From: an uncultured Gemmatimonadales bacterium
GTDB lineage: Bacteria; Gemmatimonadota; Gemmatimonadetes; Longimicrobiales; RSA9
Length of the DNA stretch: 64,000 nucleotides
NCBI GenBank assembly: GCA_963741945.1
Contig: CAVUKA010000001.1
Span: forward strand, 128,001 to 192,000
Direction of reading: 5' to 3'
The notes under the pieces were generated by a model. It worked only from the letters and a program-made list of their open reading frames with translations, was not told the DNA's origin and searched no databases. This document shows positions 20,273 through 30,469 of the stretch, piece after piece. Each line of letters starts with the position of its first letter. Within the stretch, counting starts at the first letter, position 1. The position numbers and the translations under genes were made by a program.

Positions 20273-20764
20273 TCAGCGGGTCGGCGGCGCAAGATTGCCG
20301 CAGGCGACTACGGTGCTGGCATTCGACTGCGAGGCATACACGACCACGAAGTAGTCCCCTGAGCGAGGCGTCGTCATGGGAATCATCGCTTTGGCCGTGG
20401 AACGCCCATCGGAGCCCACGCTCAGGGGAGAGTATGCGTCGCCGGTTCCCAGCAGGCCGTAGTCCATTCCGGATCCGCACTGTCCGCGATGCGCCTGCCA
20501 CGGGTGGAGGCCGCCCGGGGACGCGTTCGCCAGATCCAGGCGGATGACCGTGCCGGTGCCGTCCCCGTCCGGAGCCATGGACGCGGAGCCCTCCATCTGC
20601 ACGGCGCCAGCCAGGCTCCCCGGCGAGGCGAGGTTCGCGTGCCAGCGCGTGTTCAGCATGGCGTCATCGGTGTTCATTTCGACCGCCTGGCTCCTGTGGA
20701 ACGGGTTGCAGGCGGTGGCCGCGAGGAGCACAAGTGCCATCGGCAGGTGTCGAGAGCGAATCAT
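20273..20764 (-). CDS. lipoprotein with Cu/Zn-SOD-like fold, metal ligands incomplete
   Basis: Lipobox ATAC; HPWQAHRGQC and VVACGNL motifs. Confidence 0.7.
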   Translation of the reverse strand: MIRSRHLPMALVLLAATACNPFHRSQAVEMNTDDAMLNTRWHANLASPGSLAGAVQMEGSASMAPDGDGTGTVIRLDLANASPGGLHPWQAHRGQCGSGMDYGLLGTGDAYSPLSVGSDGRSTAKAMIPMTTPRSGDYFVVVYASQSNASTVVACGNLAPPTR

Positions 20765-20924
20765 GGGACCTCCAGAGTTGGAACCCCGCTCTCCTGGATC
20801 ATCGTCCCAGGTTCATGACCGGGTTCGGGTGTGTATCGAAACCTAGGCGGTCCGCACCACCACCGGCATCCGTCGTTCGGCTGAAACACGATCTAGTCCG
20901 GAAGAACCAGACCCGGCCCGACCT

Positions 20925-21617
20925 CTACTCCGACGCCTCCCGTGGGGACGGTTCGACGTCGTGGGCATACAGCGCGACCTGCAGCCGGCTGTGAAGTGCC
21001 AGCTTCTCCAGGATGTTGTGGACGTGGCTCTTCACCGTATGGGGAGAGACCCGGAGCTTCCGGCCGATCGCCTTGTTCGTCATCCCCTCCGCAATCAGGT
21101 CGATGACGTGGTGCTCGCGCCTGGTCAGGCGGGCGGACCGGGCCGCTCCGGCGGTCTGCTGCGCCATCGTTTGTTCGGCGATGTAGGAGAACACCGTGCT
21201 CGTCAGGACCGGCGGGAGCACGGCCTGTCCTTCTGCCACTTTCCGGATCGTGTCGATGAACACCTCGAGCGACGCGTCCTTCACCACCAGCCCCGAAGCG
21301 CCACACCGGACGAAATCGACCACCTCCTCCGGGTCGAGCAGGATGTCCATCACGATCACCCGCGCTGCGGGATGGGATCCGACGATCCGCTCCACCAGCT
21401 CGTGGCTGTCGTGATCCCCGAGCCCCGCATCCACCAGTACCACCCTCGCCCCGCTCTCGGCTACCCGCGCGCCCGCTGATTCGGCGTCGTCGGCGACCGC
21501 CACCACGTGGAGGTCGGGCTGACCGTCCAGGATGGCCACGATCCCTTCCCGCAGCAGCCGATTGTCTTCCACGACGACTATGGGAACCGCACCCTCGCTA
21601 GGCGCTCTTCTGGCCAT
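20925..21617 (-). CDS. NarL/LuxR-family response regulator (start uncertain)
   Basis: VVEDN, VLVD, GLVVKD receiver; LTRRE...GMTNKAIG...TVKSHVHNI HTH. Confidence 0.9.
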   Translation of the reverse strand: MARRAPSEGAVPIVVVEDNRLLREGIVAILDGQPDLHVVAVADDAESAGARVAESGARVVLVDAGLGDHDSHELVERIVGSHPAARVIVMDILLDPEEVVDFVRCGASGLVVKDASLEVFIDTIRKVAEGQAVLPPVLTSTVFSYIAEQTMAQQTAGAARSARLTRREHHVIDLIAEGMTNKAIGRKLRVSPHTVKSHVHNILEKLALHSRLQVALYAHDVEPSPREASE

Positions 21618-22239
21618 GGGCATAGGCTGCGATCTGCAGCCGCGTGTGCAGGGTCAGCTTCTCCATGATGTTGCGCAGGTGACTCTTCACCGTGTGCGTC
21701 GAGACGTGGAGGCGCTTCGCGATCTCCTTGTTGCTCAGCCCCTCCGCAATCAGGCCGATCACTTCTCGCTCACGCGCCGTCATGCGCACCGACTCAAGCG
21801 GGAGCGGTCGGTCCGCCGAGACGGCCTCCTGGGCGATCTGGGAGAACAGCGACCGTGTCATCGCCGGCGGCAGGACATCGCCCCCATCGGCCACACACCG
21901 TACGGTCGTGGCGAGCTCCTCGAGCGAAGCATCCTTCATGATGAAGCCCGACACGCCCGCCCGGACGTACTCGAAGATCTCCTCGTGGAACGGCAGGACG
22001 TCCATGACCACGACCTTCGCATCCGGCAGCTCCTCCTTCACCCGCTCGGCCGTCCGCAGGCTGTCCCCGTTTCCCAGGCTGAGGTCCAGAAGCACCACCT
22101 GCGGCATCGCCTGCCGCAGCACTGCCGTGTCCGCGCCCGACGCTGACGCGACCACCTCGATATCCGCCAGTTGGTTGAGAAGCGCCGTGATCCCCTCGCG
22201 CACCAACCGGTTGTCCTCGATCAGGGCTACGGTGATCAT
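21598..22239 (-). CDS. NarL/LuxR-family response regulator
   Basis: LIEDN, VLLD, GFIMKD receiver; MTAREREV...GLSNKEIA...TVKSH HTH. Confidence 0.95.
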   Translation of the reverse strand: MITVALIEDNRLVREGITALLNQLADIEVVASASGADTAVLRQAMPQVVLLDLSLGNGDSLRTAERVKEELPDAKVVVMDVLPFHEEIFEYVRAGVSGFIMKDASLEELATTVRCVADGGDVLPPAMTRSLFSQIAQEAVSADRPLPLESVRMTAREREVIGLIAEGLSNKEIAKRLHVSTHTVKSHLRNIMEKLTLHTRLQIAAYAHGQKSA

Positions 22240-22345
22240 GCTGCCCCCGCATCCGGCCCGGGCTTCACACCGGGGGTCGCTGCACGCTGCGTTGCCGAAG
22301 GAGACAAGCGGTCAATCTCGCGGGCGGGCGGCGGCTCGGGGATTC

Positions 22346-23446
22346 TCATCGGTCTTCGGGCGCGAGCGGCTCGGCCAGCAACGTCTTTCCGGCGTACTCC
22401 TCGCCGAACATGTCCCACAGCACGAGGAAGAGGGCCGCGATGACGGGTCCCGCGACGAACCCGGCGAGGCCGAATGCGGCGATGCCGCCGAGGGTCGACA
22501 GGAGAACGATGTAGTCGGGGGTCTTGGTGTCGCGACCGACCACGATCGGTCTGAGCAGGTTGTCCACGAGACCGATCACGAACACGCCGCCGAGCACCAC
22601 GAGCAGGCCCTGCCAGACGTGGCCACCCACGAAGAAGATGACGGCGGCCGGCAGCCAGACGAGGCCGGCCCCGAGAGCGGGCAGGAGGGAGAGCACGGCC
22701 ATGATGGCGCCCCAGAACACGGCGGTCCGGACACCCACGATGGCGAACAGGACGGCGCCCAGCCCACCCTGGGCGACGGCGATGATCAGCGTCCCCTTCA
22801 CCGTCGCGCGCGCGACCTCGGCGAACTTCCGGAGCAGGCGCTGTTTGCGGTCCTCGCCGAGGGGCAGGACCCGCATCACGCCCGTGACGATGCGATCGCC
22901 ATCACGGAAGAAGAAGAAGAGGAGGTAGAGCATGAGTCCGAACAGGATTGCGAGCAGCAGCACGTTCTGCCCCGCGGCGAGGGCCCAGCCCGCAATGGAC
23001 TGGGTGATGCCCGCCGCCATCTCCTGCATGGAGACGCGGAGTTGATCGACGTCGACGCCGTAGCGCGCCAGGAGGTCGGCCACGGGGGGCACGAAGCGCT
23101 CGATCGCGTCGATGGCCGCCTGGACGCTGATCTCACCGGAGGCGAGCCCCTGGTAGAGGAGGAGTGCCTGGCGCGCGAGGGCTGTGAGCACGGCGGCGAG
23201 AGGCAGCACGACGAACAGGACGGTGGCGAGGGTCGCGGCGAGCGCCGCCGCCGCGCGCCTGCCGCGGAACGCGCGCAGGAGGCGGCCATGCATGCCCTGG
23301 AACAGGAGGGCGAAGACGGCGGCCCAGAACAGCGGGGAGAAGAAGGGCCGGATCACCCAGAATAGCGCCATCGTCGTAACGAGGACGAAAGCGAGAAACG
23401 TGAACGTCTCGAGCTTTCTGAGGCGGAGGTCGGAGAGGGCGGTCAT
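22346..23446 (-). CDS. AI-2E family transporter
   Basis: Multi-TM protein; FFFFRDG, LVDNLLRP, STLGG..FG..G...GP. Confidence 0.9.
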   Translation of the reverse strand: MTALSDLRLRKLETFTFLAFVLVTTMALFWVIRPFFSPLFWAAVFALLFQGMHGRLLRAFRGRRAAAALAATLATVLFVVLPLAAVLTALARQALLLYQGLASGEISVQAAIDAIERFVPPVADLLARYGVDVDQLRVSMQEMAAGITQSIAGWALAAGQNVLLLAILFGLMLYLLFFFFRDGDRIVTGVMRVLPLGEDRKQRLLRKFAEVARATVKGTLIIAVAQGGLGAVLFAIVGVRTAVFWGAIMAVLSLLPALGAGLVWLPAAVIFFVGGHVWQGLLVVLGGVFVIGLVDNLLRPIVVGRDTKTPDYIVLLSTLGGIAAFGLAGFVAGPVIAALFLVLWDMFGEEYAGKTLLAEPLAPEDR

Positions 23447-24093
23447 GGCCTGGCCGGGATGTTCGCCACACCGGTAGCCATGTCGTTCGCCAACCGGTCC
23501 ACCCCCCGGTCCAGCATTGCCACGAGCCCGGGATAGTCTCCGATCCGCCAGCCCTGCTCGCGGTAATCCGTGGTCCCGCGGGCCACGACCACGCCGTCGG
23601 CGGGCCGGATGATCTCCCACGTGGCCAGCACCTGAGCCGCTCCGTCGTCCGCTGCCGGGTCCTCCGGCGCCACGCCCTCGAACCGCGCCACGTGGACCTG
23701 GACCAGGTAGTCGTGCTGCTGCGCCGGCGCCCAGGGCGCCACGTCTACGCGCTGGAACTCCCGACGAGCAGCCAGGTGGCCGATTATGGCCCGGTTGATT
23801 CCTGCATCGAGCGGCTCCGCCCAGCGGTGGAACTCGGAAACGGCGATCTGGTGCTCGCCCCGCCGCACCACGACGGCCGGTGTGGCCAGATACGCGGCCA
23901 GGTCCAGCCGGCGCACGCCGAGCGCGAGGGCCGGGTGTCCGGTGGACGCCGCAGCCTCGCCGCCTCCCGCGACGCCGCCGAGCACGTACTGCTCGAGGGG
24001 CGTCGTGTCGCGGGCGAGGCTGAAGCACCCACCCCCGCTGACGAGAACCAGGGCCGCGAACAGCCGAACGTATTTCCTCGTGGGTCGCATCAT
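23443..24093 (-). CDS. PqiC-family ABC transport auxiliary lipoprotein
   Basis: Lipobox GGGC; LAAYL, HRWAEPL, VARFEG. Confidence 0.85.
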   Translation of the reverse strand: MMRPTRKYVRLFAALVLVSGGGCFSLARDTTPLEQYVLGGVAGGGEAAASTGHPALALGVRRLDLAAYLATPAVVVRRGEHQIAVSEFHRWAEPLDAGINRAIIGHLAARREFQRVDVAPWAPAQQHDYLVQVHVARFEGVAPEDPAADDGAAQVLATWEIIRPADGVVVARGTTDYREQGWRIGDYPGLVAMLDRGVDRLANDMATGVANIPARP

Positions 24094-25085
24094 CAATTCT
24101 CCGGTGGCTTCTTGCCGCGAATCAGCATGTCCGGGTTCTGGTCCAGCGACGTGGCGAGCTGCGTGAGGGCGTCCGCCGCCTCCCGGAGGCTCGCCAGGGC
24201 TTCCTGAAGCCCGTACCCGACGCCGGAATCGGTCGACAATGCGGCGTTCATCTGGTCGAGGCTCGTGTGCAGCGCCTGCAGGGTGGCGACCATCTCCCTG
24301 GACGTCTCCTCGAGCTGGATCTGCAGCGGGTCGACGGCTGCGCCGGCACGCTCGGCCAGCCGCTGCACTTCCGCCATGGTCTGGTTGACCTGCCTGGCCA
24401 GTGCCGGTGCCTGTGCGACGGCTGCCCGGATGTCCGGCGAGTCGACCAGGCGCTGCACCGCCTCCGCGGAGGCCACCATCGCGGTGTTGATCCCCGGCAT
24501 GTCCACCTCCTCCAGAAGCTGGTTGACCTGGAACAGCACCTTGAGCACGTCCGCCATGAGGCTTCCCGCACCCGTTCCCAGCGTGGCCATGAACGACGGG
24601 GTGGTCGGGATCTCCGCCAGGACCCTCGAGGCCATCTCCGGCTGCTCCGGCTCCTCCGGCGCGTCCGGGCGGTAGGACAGCTCGATGTAGAGCTGCCCGG
24701 TGACCATGCTCTCCATCTGCAGCTGCGCCCGGAGACCGTCGGCGATCTGCTGTCGCAGCACGGGCGCCTGATCGAGGTGGACATACTTCCCGGTCATGGT
24801 CGTCAGGCGAGTGATGTCGATCTCGTACTTCACCGGGACCTGGAACGTCTTGTCCCGTTCATCGATCTGGATCAGGAGCTCCGTCACGGTGCCCACGGGC
24901 ACGCCCTGGAACTTCACCGGGGCGCCCCGCTCGAGTCCGTTGACCGACTCCTCGAACAGGCTGACGAAGGTCGAGCGCTTCGCGAACCACGTGGTGGAGG
25001 CCAGCGTGGCGACCGCGGCCACCGCCAGGACGAGGCCGCCGATCAGGAACAGCCCGATGGCCGTAGGACTGGCACGGAGGCTCAT
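24093..25085 (-). CDS. mlaD: MCE/MlaD family protein
   Basis: SVNGLERGAPVKFQGVPVG, GLRAQL...VTGQLYIEL, C-terminal coiled coil. Confidence 0.9.
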   Translation of the reverse strand: MSLRASPTAIGLFLIGGLVLAVAAVATLASTTWFAKRSTFVSLFEESVNGLERGAPVKFQGVPVGTVTELLIQIDERDKTFQVPVKYEIDITRLTTMTGKYVHLDQAPVLRQQIADGLRAQLQMESMVTGQLYIELSYRPDAPEEPEQPEMASRVLAEIPTTPSFMATLGTGAGSLMADVLKVLFQVNQLLEEVDMPGINTAMVASAEAVQRLVDSPDIRAAVAQAPALARQVNQTMAEVQRLAERAGAAVDPLQIQLEETSREMVATLQALHTSLDQMNAALSTDSGVGYGLQEALASLREAADALTQLATSLDQNPDMLIRGKKPPEN

Positions 25086-25873
25086 GTGATCCCATCGCTG
25101 GTTCGGGTCAGAAATCGCCGCACTTCCTCGCTCGGAGGAGCATCGCGCAGCTGCTCGGGCGGGCCGAGGGCGGCCATGGTCTTGCGGCCGATGTCCAGGA
25201 ACAGCGCGCGGTCGGCGATCTTGAAGATGCTGGCCAGGTCGTGGCTCACCACCACGATCGTAGTGCCCAGGCTCGCCCTCAATTGCAGGATCAGGTCATC
25301 CAGGCGACTGGCCGAGATCGGGTCGAGCCCCGAGGACGGCTCATCGAAGAAGAGGACCTCCGGATCCAGCGCGATCGCCCGGGCGAGCGCCGCGCGCTTC
25401 CGCATCCCTCCGCTGATCGCGGCGGGATAGAACGCTTCGAACCCCCGCAGGCCCACCAGGGCAAGCTTGAGCGAGACCATTTCACCAATCGCTTCCGCGC
25501 CGAGGGTGGTATACTGTTCCAGCGGCAGGGCCACGTTCTCTCCCAGTGTCAGCCCGCTCCAGAGCGCGCCGTTCTGGAAGAGCACGCCCATCCGCCGCAG
25601 CATCCGCTTCCGCGCCTCATCCTCCGCCGCCCCGAAGTCTTCGCCGTCGAACAGGATCAGCCCCCCGGCCGGCTTCTTCAGACCGATCAGGTGCTTGAGC
25701 AGCGTGCTCTTCCCGCTGCCGCTCCCGCCCATGACCACGAAGACCTCTCCACGCCGGACCTGGAAGCTCAGGTCCTCCATGACGACGTTCGCGCCGTACG
25801 CCAGGACCAGGTCGCGCACTTCAATCGGCGGTGCTTCCTGCGATGAGCGGGCGGACCGTGGGGCGGCCATCAT
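25082..25873 (-). CDS. mlaF: MlaF-type ABC ATPase
   Basis: GGSGSGKS, ISGGMRKR, FFDEPSSGLDP. Confidence 0.9.
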   Translation of the reverse strand: MMAAPRSARSSQEAPPIEVRDLVLAYGANVVMEDLSFQVRRGEVFVVMGGSGSGKSTLLKHLIGLKKPAGGLILFDGEDFGAAEDEARKRMLRRMGVLFQNGALWSGLTLGENVALPLEQYTTLGAEAIGEMVSLKLALVGLRGFEAFYPAAISGGMRKRAALARAIALDPEVLFFDEPSSGLDPISASRLDDLILQLRASLGTTIVVVSHDLASIFKIADRALFLDIGRKTMAALGPPEQLRDAPPSEEVRRFLTRTSDGIT

Positions 25874-27012
25874 ATCTCCAGCAGGGCCGCCAGCCAGTCG
25901 ATCACGGCGTTGGCCACGATGATCAGCGTGATGCCCAGGACCACGGCCGATGTCGCGGCACGGCCCACCGCCCGGGCGTCGGATCCGGTCTGGGTCCCTT
26001 TCATGCAGCCGGACAGGCCGATGATGCCGCCGAACACCGCCCCCTTGAACACGCCCAGCAGACCGTCACCCAGCGTGACCACGCCCAGGAGCCCGCCCAT
26101 GAACTGCGTGGCCGTGAGGTCCAGCAACGTCACCGCAACGAGCAGCCCGCCCAGCAGACCGACGATGTCGGCGTAGATCGTCAGTAGCGGCATCATCACG
26201 GAGAGCCCGAGCACGCGGGGGAGCACGAGATGGTCCACCGGTGAGATCCCGAGTGTCCGGAGGGCGTCGATCTCTTCCGTGATCTTCATGCTGCCGAGCT
26301 CCGCGGCGAAGGCTGCGCCGGTCCGGCCGGCCATGATGATGCCCGTCATCAGGGCGCCCATCTCCCTGAGAATCCCGTAGCCGACCAGGTAGGACACGTA
26401 GTACCCGGCGCCGAATCGCCGCAGGACCACTGCGCCCAGGAATGAGATGATCGCGCCCACCAGGAACGCGATGAGGGTGACGATGGCGAGCGCGCCCGAA
26501 CCGTTCGATTGCACCACCACCCAGAAGTCGCGCCAGCGGAACCGGCTGCGGCGCAGCAACAGTCGACCCAGGCTCTGGGCCACTTCCCCACCGAACGTGA
26601 TCGCAGCGAAGAACGCCTCGTAGACGGAGCGGCCCCGGCCGCCCAGCGTCGCGAGGAGCGAAACGCGCGGCTCCGCGCCGACCCGCTCCGTCTCCGGCAC
26701 CGCGCGCGCCAGCGCCAGAAGTCGGGTGACGTCCTCGGGGAGTCCCGACTCGTCGAAGGCGAGCGCATGCGCTTCGCAGTAGCGCGTGCCCTGGAGGAGA
26801 AAGGTGAGAAGACTGCTGTCCCACCGGCCCAGCTCCGTCGTGGCGAATCCCACGGTTCGGACGGCTTCCCCGCCCGACTCTTCCTCGAACAGCTGATCGA
26901 AGCGCGGAATGGATTGCCCCAGCTCCCACTCGCCGCTCAACACGGCGGTGAGGTCGGCGGACTCCCGGCGGACCTCGACCGCCGGAGTTGAGGGCCGATC
27001 GGCGCTCGACAC
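25870..27012 (-). CDS. mlaE: MlaE-type permease with N-terminal STAS-like domain
   Basis: LREMGALM, AGRTGAAFAAELGSMK.EEIDAL; GTG start inferred just after the stop of the upstream kinase. Confidence 0.9.
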   Translation of the reverse strand: MSSADRPSTPAVEVRRESADLTAVLSGEWELGQSIPRFDQLFEEESGGEAVRTVGFATTELGRWDSSLLTFLLQGTRYCEAHALAFDESGLPEDVTRLLALARAVPETERVGAEPRVSLLATLGGRGRSVYEAFFAAITFGGEVAQSLGRLLLRRSRFRWRDFWVVVQSNGSGALAIVTLIAFLVGAIISFLGAVVLRRFGAGYYVSYLVGYGILREMGALMTGIIMAGRTGAAFAAELGSMKITEEIDALRTLGISPVDHLVLPRVLGLSVMMPLLTIYADIVGLLGGLLVAVTLLDLTATQFMGGLLGVVTLGDGLLGVFKGAVFGGIIGLSGCMKGTQTGSDARAVGRAATSAVVLGITLIIVANAVIDWLAALLEI

Positions 27013-27016
27013 CGGC

Positions 27017-30000
27017 TCACGCGGGGGCAAGAACGTCCTCCGCCCTTCGCAGGCGAGGCAGCCAGAAGCGGAACGTGCTTCCCCGCCCCATCTGGCTCTC
27101 CACCTCCACGCCGCCACCGAGCAGCTGGCTGTATTCCTGGACCGCAGCGAGCCCTACGCCCAGTCCGCCGGCCGCTCGAGTGAGCCCCCCGTCGACCTGC
27201 CAGAAGCGTTCGAAGATCCTGGCATGGTGCTCTGGAGCGATCCCGATCCCGGTGTCGCTGACGGCGAAGATCACGCGGCCCGCTTGTTCGTACACCCCGA
27301 GACCGACCTCGCCGGACGTGGTGTACTTCACGGCGTTCCCGCACAGGTTCATGAGGATTTGCCGGACCTTCACCACATCCGTCTCGACCTGCACGGGCTG
27401 CGTGGGCACGCCGAGGGCGAACGACAACCCCTTGGCCGCCACGAGCGGGGCCATCAGCGAATGGGCTTCCCGCACGACCGCCCGGGCGTCCACGGCCTGG
27501 CGGTCCACCGTTTCGCGCCCCACGTCCATCCGCGTGAAGCTCAGCAGCTCATCGATCATCGCCACCAGATGTCCCCCGGCCATCTTGATCCGTTGGACCC
27601 TGTGGTCCTGTTCCTCCGTGAGCGTACTGTCCAGCCGGAGAATGTCGGCGTAGCCCAGGATCGCGCCCAGCGGCGTGCGCAGCTCGTGCGAGAGCGTGGC
27701 CATGAACGTGGTCTTCGCCTCGTTAGCCGTGTCCGCCGCCGCTTTCGCCGCCCGCATTGTTTCCTGGATCCGGTGGTGCTCCGTGTTGCCGAAGAACGTC
27801 AGGACGACGCCGTCCACCGGGCCATCGATGGAGCGGTACGGGTTGATCCGGACGATGAACCACTCCCCACTTTCGCTCGCCACTTCACGTTCGATCTCCT
27901 CGAGGGACTCCAGCACGGCCGTCACGTCGTCCAGCAGCCCGGGGTAGGCGAGCCGGTGCGTGAGGTCGGTGAGGGGCCTGCCCTGGTCCGTGCCGACCAC
28001 GTTGAACAACGCCGCCGCTGCCGGGGTGAAGCGCCGGATCCGCAGCGTGCGGTCGAGAAAGATGGTGGCGATCGCCGTCGACTCCATCAGGTTCTTCAGG
28101 TCTCCATTGGTCCGCTTCAACTCCTCGATCGTGCTCTGGTGCTCCTGGTTGATGGTCGTGAGCTCCTCGTTGATCGACTGGATCTCCTCGCGACCCGTCT
28201 CCAGCTCTTCCGTTGCCGCCTTCTGCTCCTCGTTGATCGACCGCAGCTCTTCATTCGCCGTCTGCAGGTCGGCCACCGTGTGATCGTGCGACGCGCTCGT
28301 CGCCTCGAGCTGCTCCCGCGTCCGCCGCAGCTCCTCCTCGAGCTCCGCCACGTCCCGTTGCGCAGATTCGGCCCTGGCCGGGGCGGGAGCGGCGCTTTTC
28401 CGCTTCCGCACTTCCTCGAACAGGACCAGGGCGAACCGGGCTCCGCCTCCGCGTGGGTCCGGGGCCGCGGGCCGAACCCGGAGACATACCGTTTCGCCGC
28501 TGCTGTCCAGCGGCACCCGCCGGATCGTCGGCTCCCCCTTGGTGAACGCCTGGTGCAGCGCCGTCCGGAGCGCCACGCGCAGCTCGCCGCTCGCCAGGTC
28601 CAGCACCCGGCGGCTCGGCTCGCCTTCCCGCAAACGGAGATAGCGCCCGGCGCCGGACGAGAGATGGACCACCTCGAACCGCTGATCCACCACCAGGCTG
28701 GGTTCCGCGTATTCTTCCAGCATCGTCACGTGCAGGGCGCCATAGGAGAACCTGGCTCGGCCGCCGTCCAGGGATACGGCCACCGCGGCCGCACTGTCCT
28801 CGCGCGGCACGGGGTCCACGGCGGACAGCCGCGGGAGCACCCGGTTCGTGGTGGTGTTGCGGCGAAATATCCGGTTCTTTTCAGGCCCGATGGCCGTGAA
28901 CAGCCCGTGATCCCCCACCGACTCGGACGTGCCCAGAAAGAGGATCCCTTCCGGATTCAGCGCGAAGTGCACCGTCTCCAGCGCCTGCTGCTGCGCCTCC
29001 GGCCGGAGATAGATGAAGAGGTTGCGACAGCTGATCAGGTCCAGCCGCGCGAACGGCGGATCGCGCAACACGTTGTGGACCGCGAACAGCACGCGCTCGC
29101 GCAGCGCCTTGGTGATCCGGTAGCCGGCGGGCTCCCGGATGAAGTAGCGCTGCAGCCGCTTCGCATCGAGGCCTGCCACGGCCGCCGGTGAATACAGGCC
29201 TTCCCGCCCCCAGGCATACCCCTGTTCGTCGATGTCCGTCGCGAAAATCTGGACTTTCGGTGGATCCGGCAGCTCCGCTGCCTTCTCCGCCAGCAGGATG
29301 GCCAGCGAGTACACCTCCTCGCCCGACGCACACCCCACCACCCAGACTCGCACGGTGTCCGCCGGGCCTTTCCCCGCGAACAGGCCGGGCACTACCTCCG
29401 CCAACGCCTCGAACGCCTCGGCATCACGGAAGAACGAGCTCACGGAGATCAGCAGGTCCCGCAACAGCGCCTGGCGCTCCGCCTCGCTCGACCAGAGCAG
29501 TGTCACGTACTCGTCCAGGCTTTCCAGCCCGTTGAACAGAAGACGGCGCTCCAGCCGGCGCAGCACCGTCGCCCGCTTGTACATGGTGAAATCGTGGCCC
29601 GTGCCACTCCGCAGCGCCGCGAAGACCGACGCCACACCCTCTTCCACATCCCCCGAGATTCCCGCCTCCACGCGCGGCACCGGACTCCCGACGAGACGCA
29701 CCAGCTCGGGCGCGATCCGCGATGCCGGCAGGACCACGTCGATCAGTCCGGTGGCGATGGCGCTCGCGGGCATTCCCCCGTACTCGGCCTCGCCCGGAGA
29801 CTGCGCCACCGTGATCCCGCCCCACTCCCGGATCGACCGGATCCCCCCCGTCCCGTCCACACCCGTCCCCGACAGGATCACCCCCATGGCTCGCGGCCCG
29901 TACTTCTCCGCCAGCGTGCGGAAGAACAGATCCACCGGTGCACGCTCCGACCGATCACCGCGCTCACGCACCCCGATCACGCCGTCCCCCATCTCCAGAT

Positions 30001-30304
30001 CGTGATCGTGCGGAATCACGTAGACATGGTCCGCTTCCACCGTCGTCGCCCCCACCACCTGGGTCACCGGGATGGTCGACCGGTCCCGGAGCAGCTCCGC
30101 GATCCGGCTCTCCCGGTCCGGGTCCAGGTGCATGATCACCACGTACGCCAGGCCACTCCCCACCGGGATCGCCTGCACCAGGTCCTGCAGCGCCCGGAGA
30201 CCCCCCGCCGACGCGCCGATCGCCACCACCCCGACGCGCTGCCGGTTGCCCGGCGCGGTCAGCACACCATCGGTGGCTGCACGGCCCACCCGAGAAGGGT
30301 TCAT
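27017..30304 (-). CDS. CheB-CheR-PAS-coiled-coil-histidine kinase fusion
   Basis: GASAGG, MHL and SGTGVDG (CheB); GCASGEE and ISCRN (CheR); SHELRTPL, GNAVKY, DTGIG, GLGVGL (kinase). Confidence 0.95.
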   Translation of the reverse strand: MNPSRVGRAATDGVLTAPGNRQRVGVVAIGASAGGLRALQDLVQAIPVGSGLAYVVIMHLDPDRESRIAELLRDRSTIPVTQVVGATTVEADHVYVIPHDHDLEMGDGVIGVRERGDRSERAPVDLFFRTLAEKYGPRAMGVILSGTGVDGTGGIRSIREWGGITVAQSPGEAEYGGMPASAIATGLIDVVLPASRIAPELVRLVGSPVPRVEAGISGDVEEGVASVFAALRSGTGHDFTMYKRATVLRRLERRLLFNGLESLDEYVTLLWSSEAERQALLRDLLISVSSFFRDAEAFEALAEVVPGLFAGKGPADTVRVWVVGCASGEEVYSLAILLAEKAAELPDPPKVQIFATDIDEQGYAWGREGLYSPAAVAGLDAKRLQRYFIREPAGYRITKALRERVLFAVHNVLRDPPFARLDLISCRNLFIYLRPEAQQQALETVHFALNPEGILFLGTSESVGDHGLFTAIGPEKNRIFRRNTTTNRVLPRLSAVDPVPREDSAAAVAVSLDGGRARFSYGALHVTMLEEYAEPSLVVDQRFEVVHLSSGAGRYLRLREGEPSRRVLDLASGELRVALRTALHQAFTKGEPTIRRVPLDSSGETVCLRVRPAAPDPRGGGARFALVLFEEVRKRKSAAPAPARAESAQRDVAELEEELRRTREQLEATSASHDHTVADLQTANEELRSINEEQKAATEELETGREEIQSINEELTTINQEHQSTIEELKRTNGDLKNLMESTAIATIFLDRTLRIRRFTPAAAALFNVVGTDQGRPLTDLTHRLAYPGLLDDVTAVLESLEEIEREVASESGEWFIVRINPYRSIDGPVDGVVLTFFGNTEHHRIQETMRAAKAAADTANEAKTTFMATLSHELRTPLGAILGYADILRLDSTLTEEQDHRVQRIKMAGGHLVAMIDELLSFTRMDVGRETVDRQAVDARAVVREAHSLMAPLVAAKGLSFALGVPTQPVQVETDVVKVRQILMNLCGNAVKYTTSGEVGLGVYEQAGRVIFAVSDTGIGIAPEHHARIFERFWQVDGGLTRAAGGLGVGLAAVQEYSQLLGGGVEVESQMGRGSTFRFWLPRLRRAEDVLAPA

Positions 30305-30369
30305 GGCGAAGGTCCCTGAGGATGGGGAGTCGCACGGGCGCGTCCCCGACGGGGGCAGAACGGTGTGAG

Positions 30370-30420
30370 TTGACCCGGGCGTACTTTAATGATACACTAT
30401 TTTGGACAAATGGTCAATAG
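30370..30420 (+). promoter_or_regulatory. promoter TTGACC-N17-TACACT with downstream imperfect palindrome TTGGACAAATGGTCAA
   Basis: AT-rich patch upstream of the TetR gene; 16-bp inverted repeat at 30402-30417 near the expected transcription start. Confidence 0.6.
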
Positions 30421-30469
30421 CGCGGGGCTCCACCCTGCGGCGGGATCGGTGGGAGACGAGGAGCGGTGG

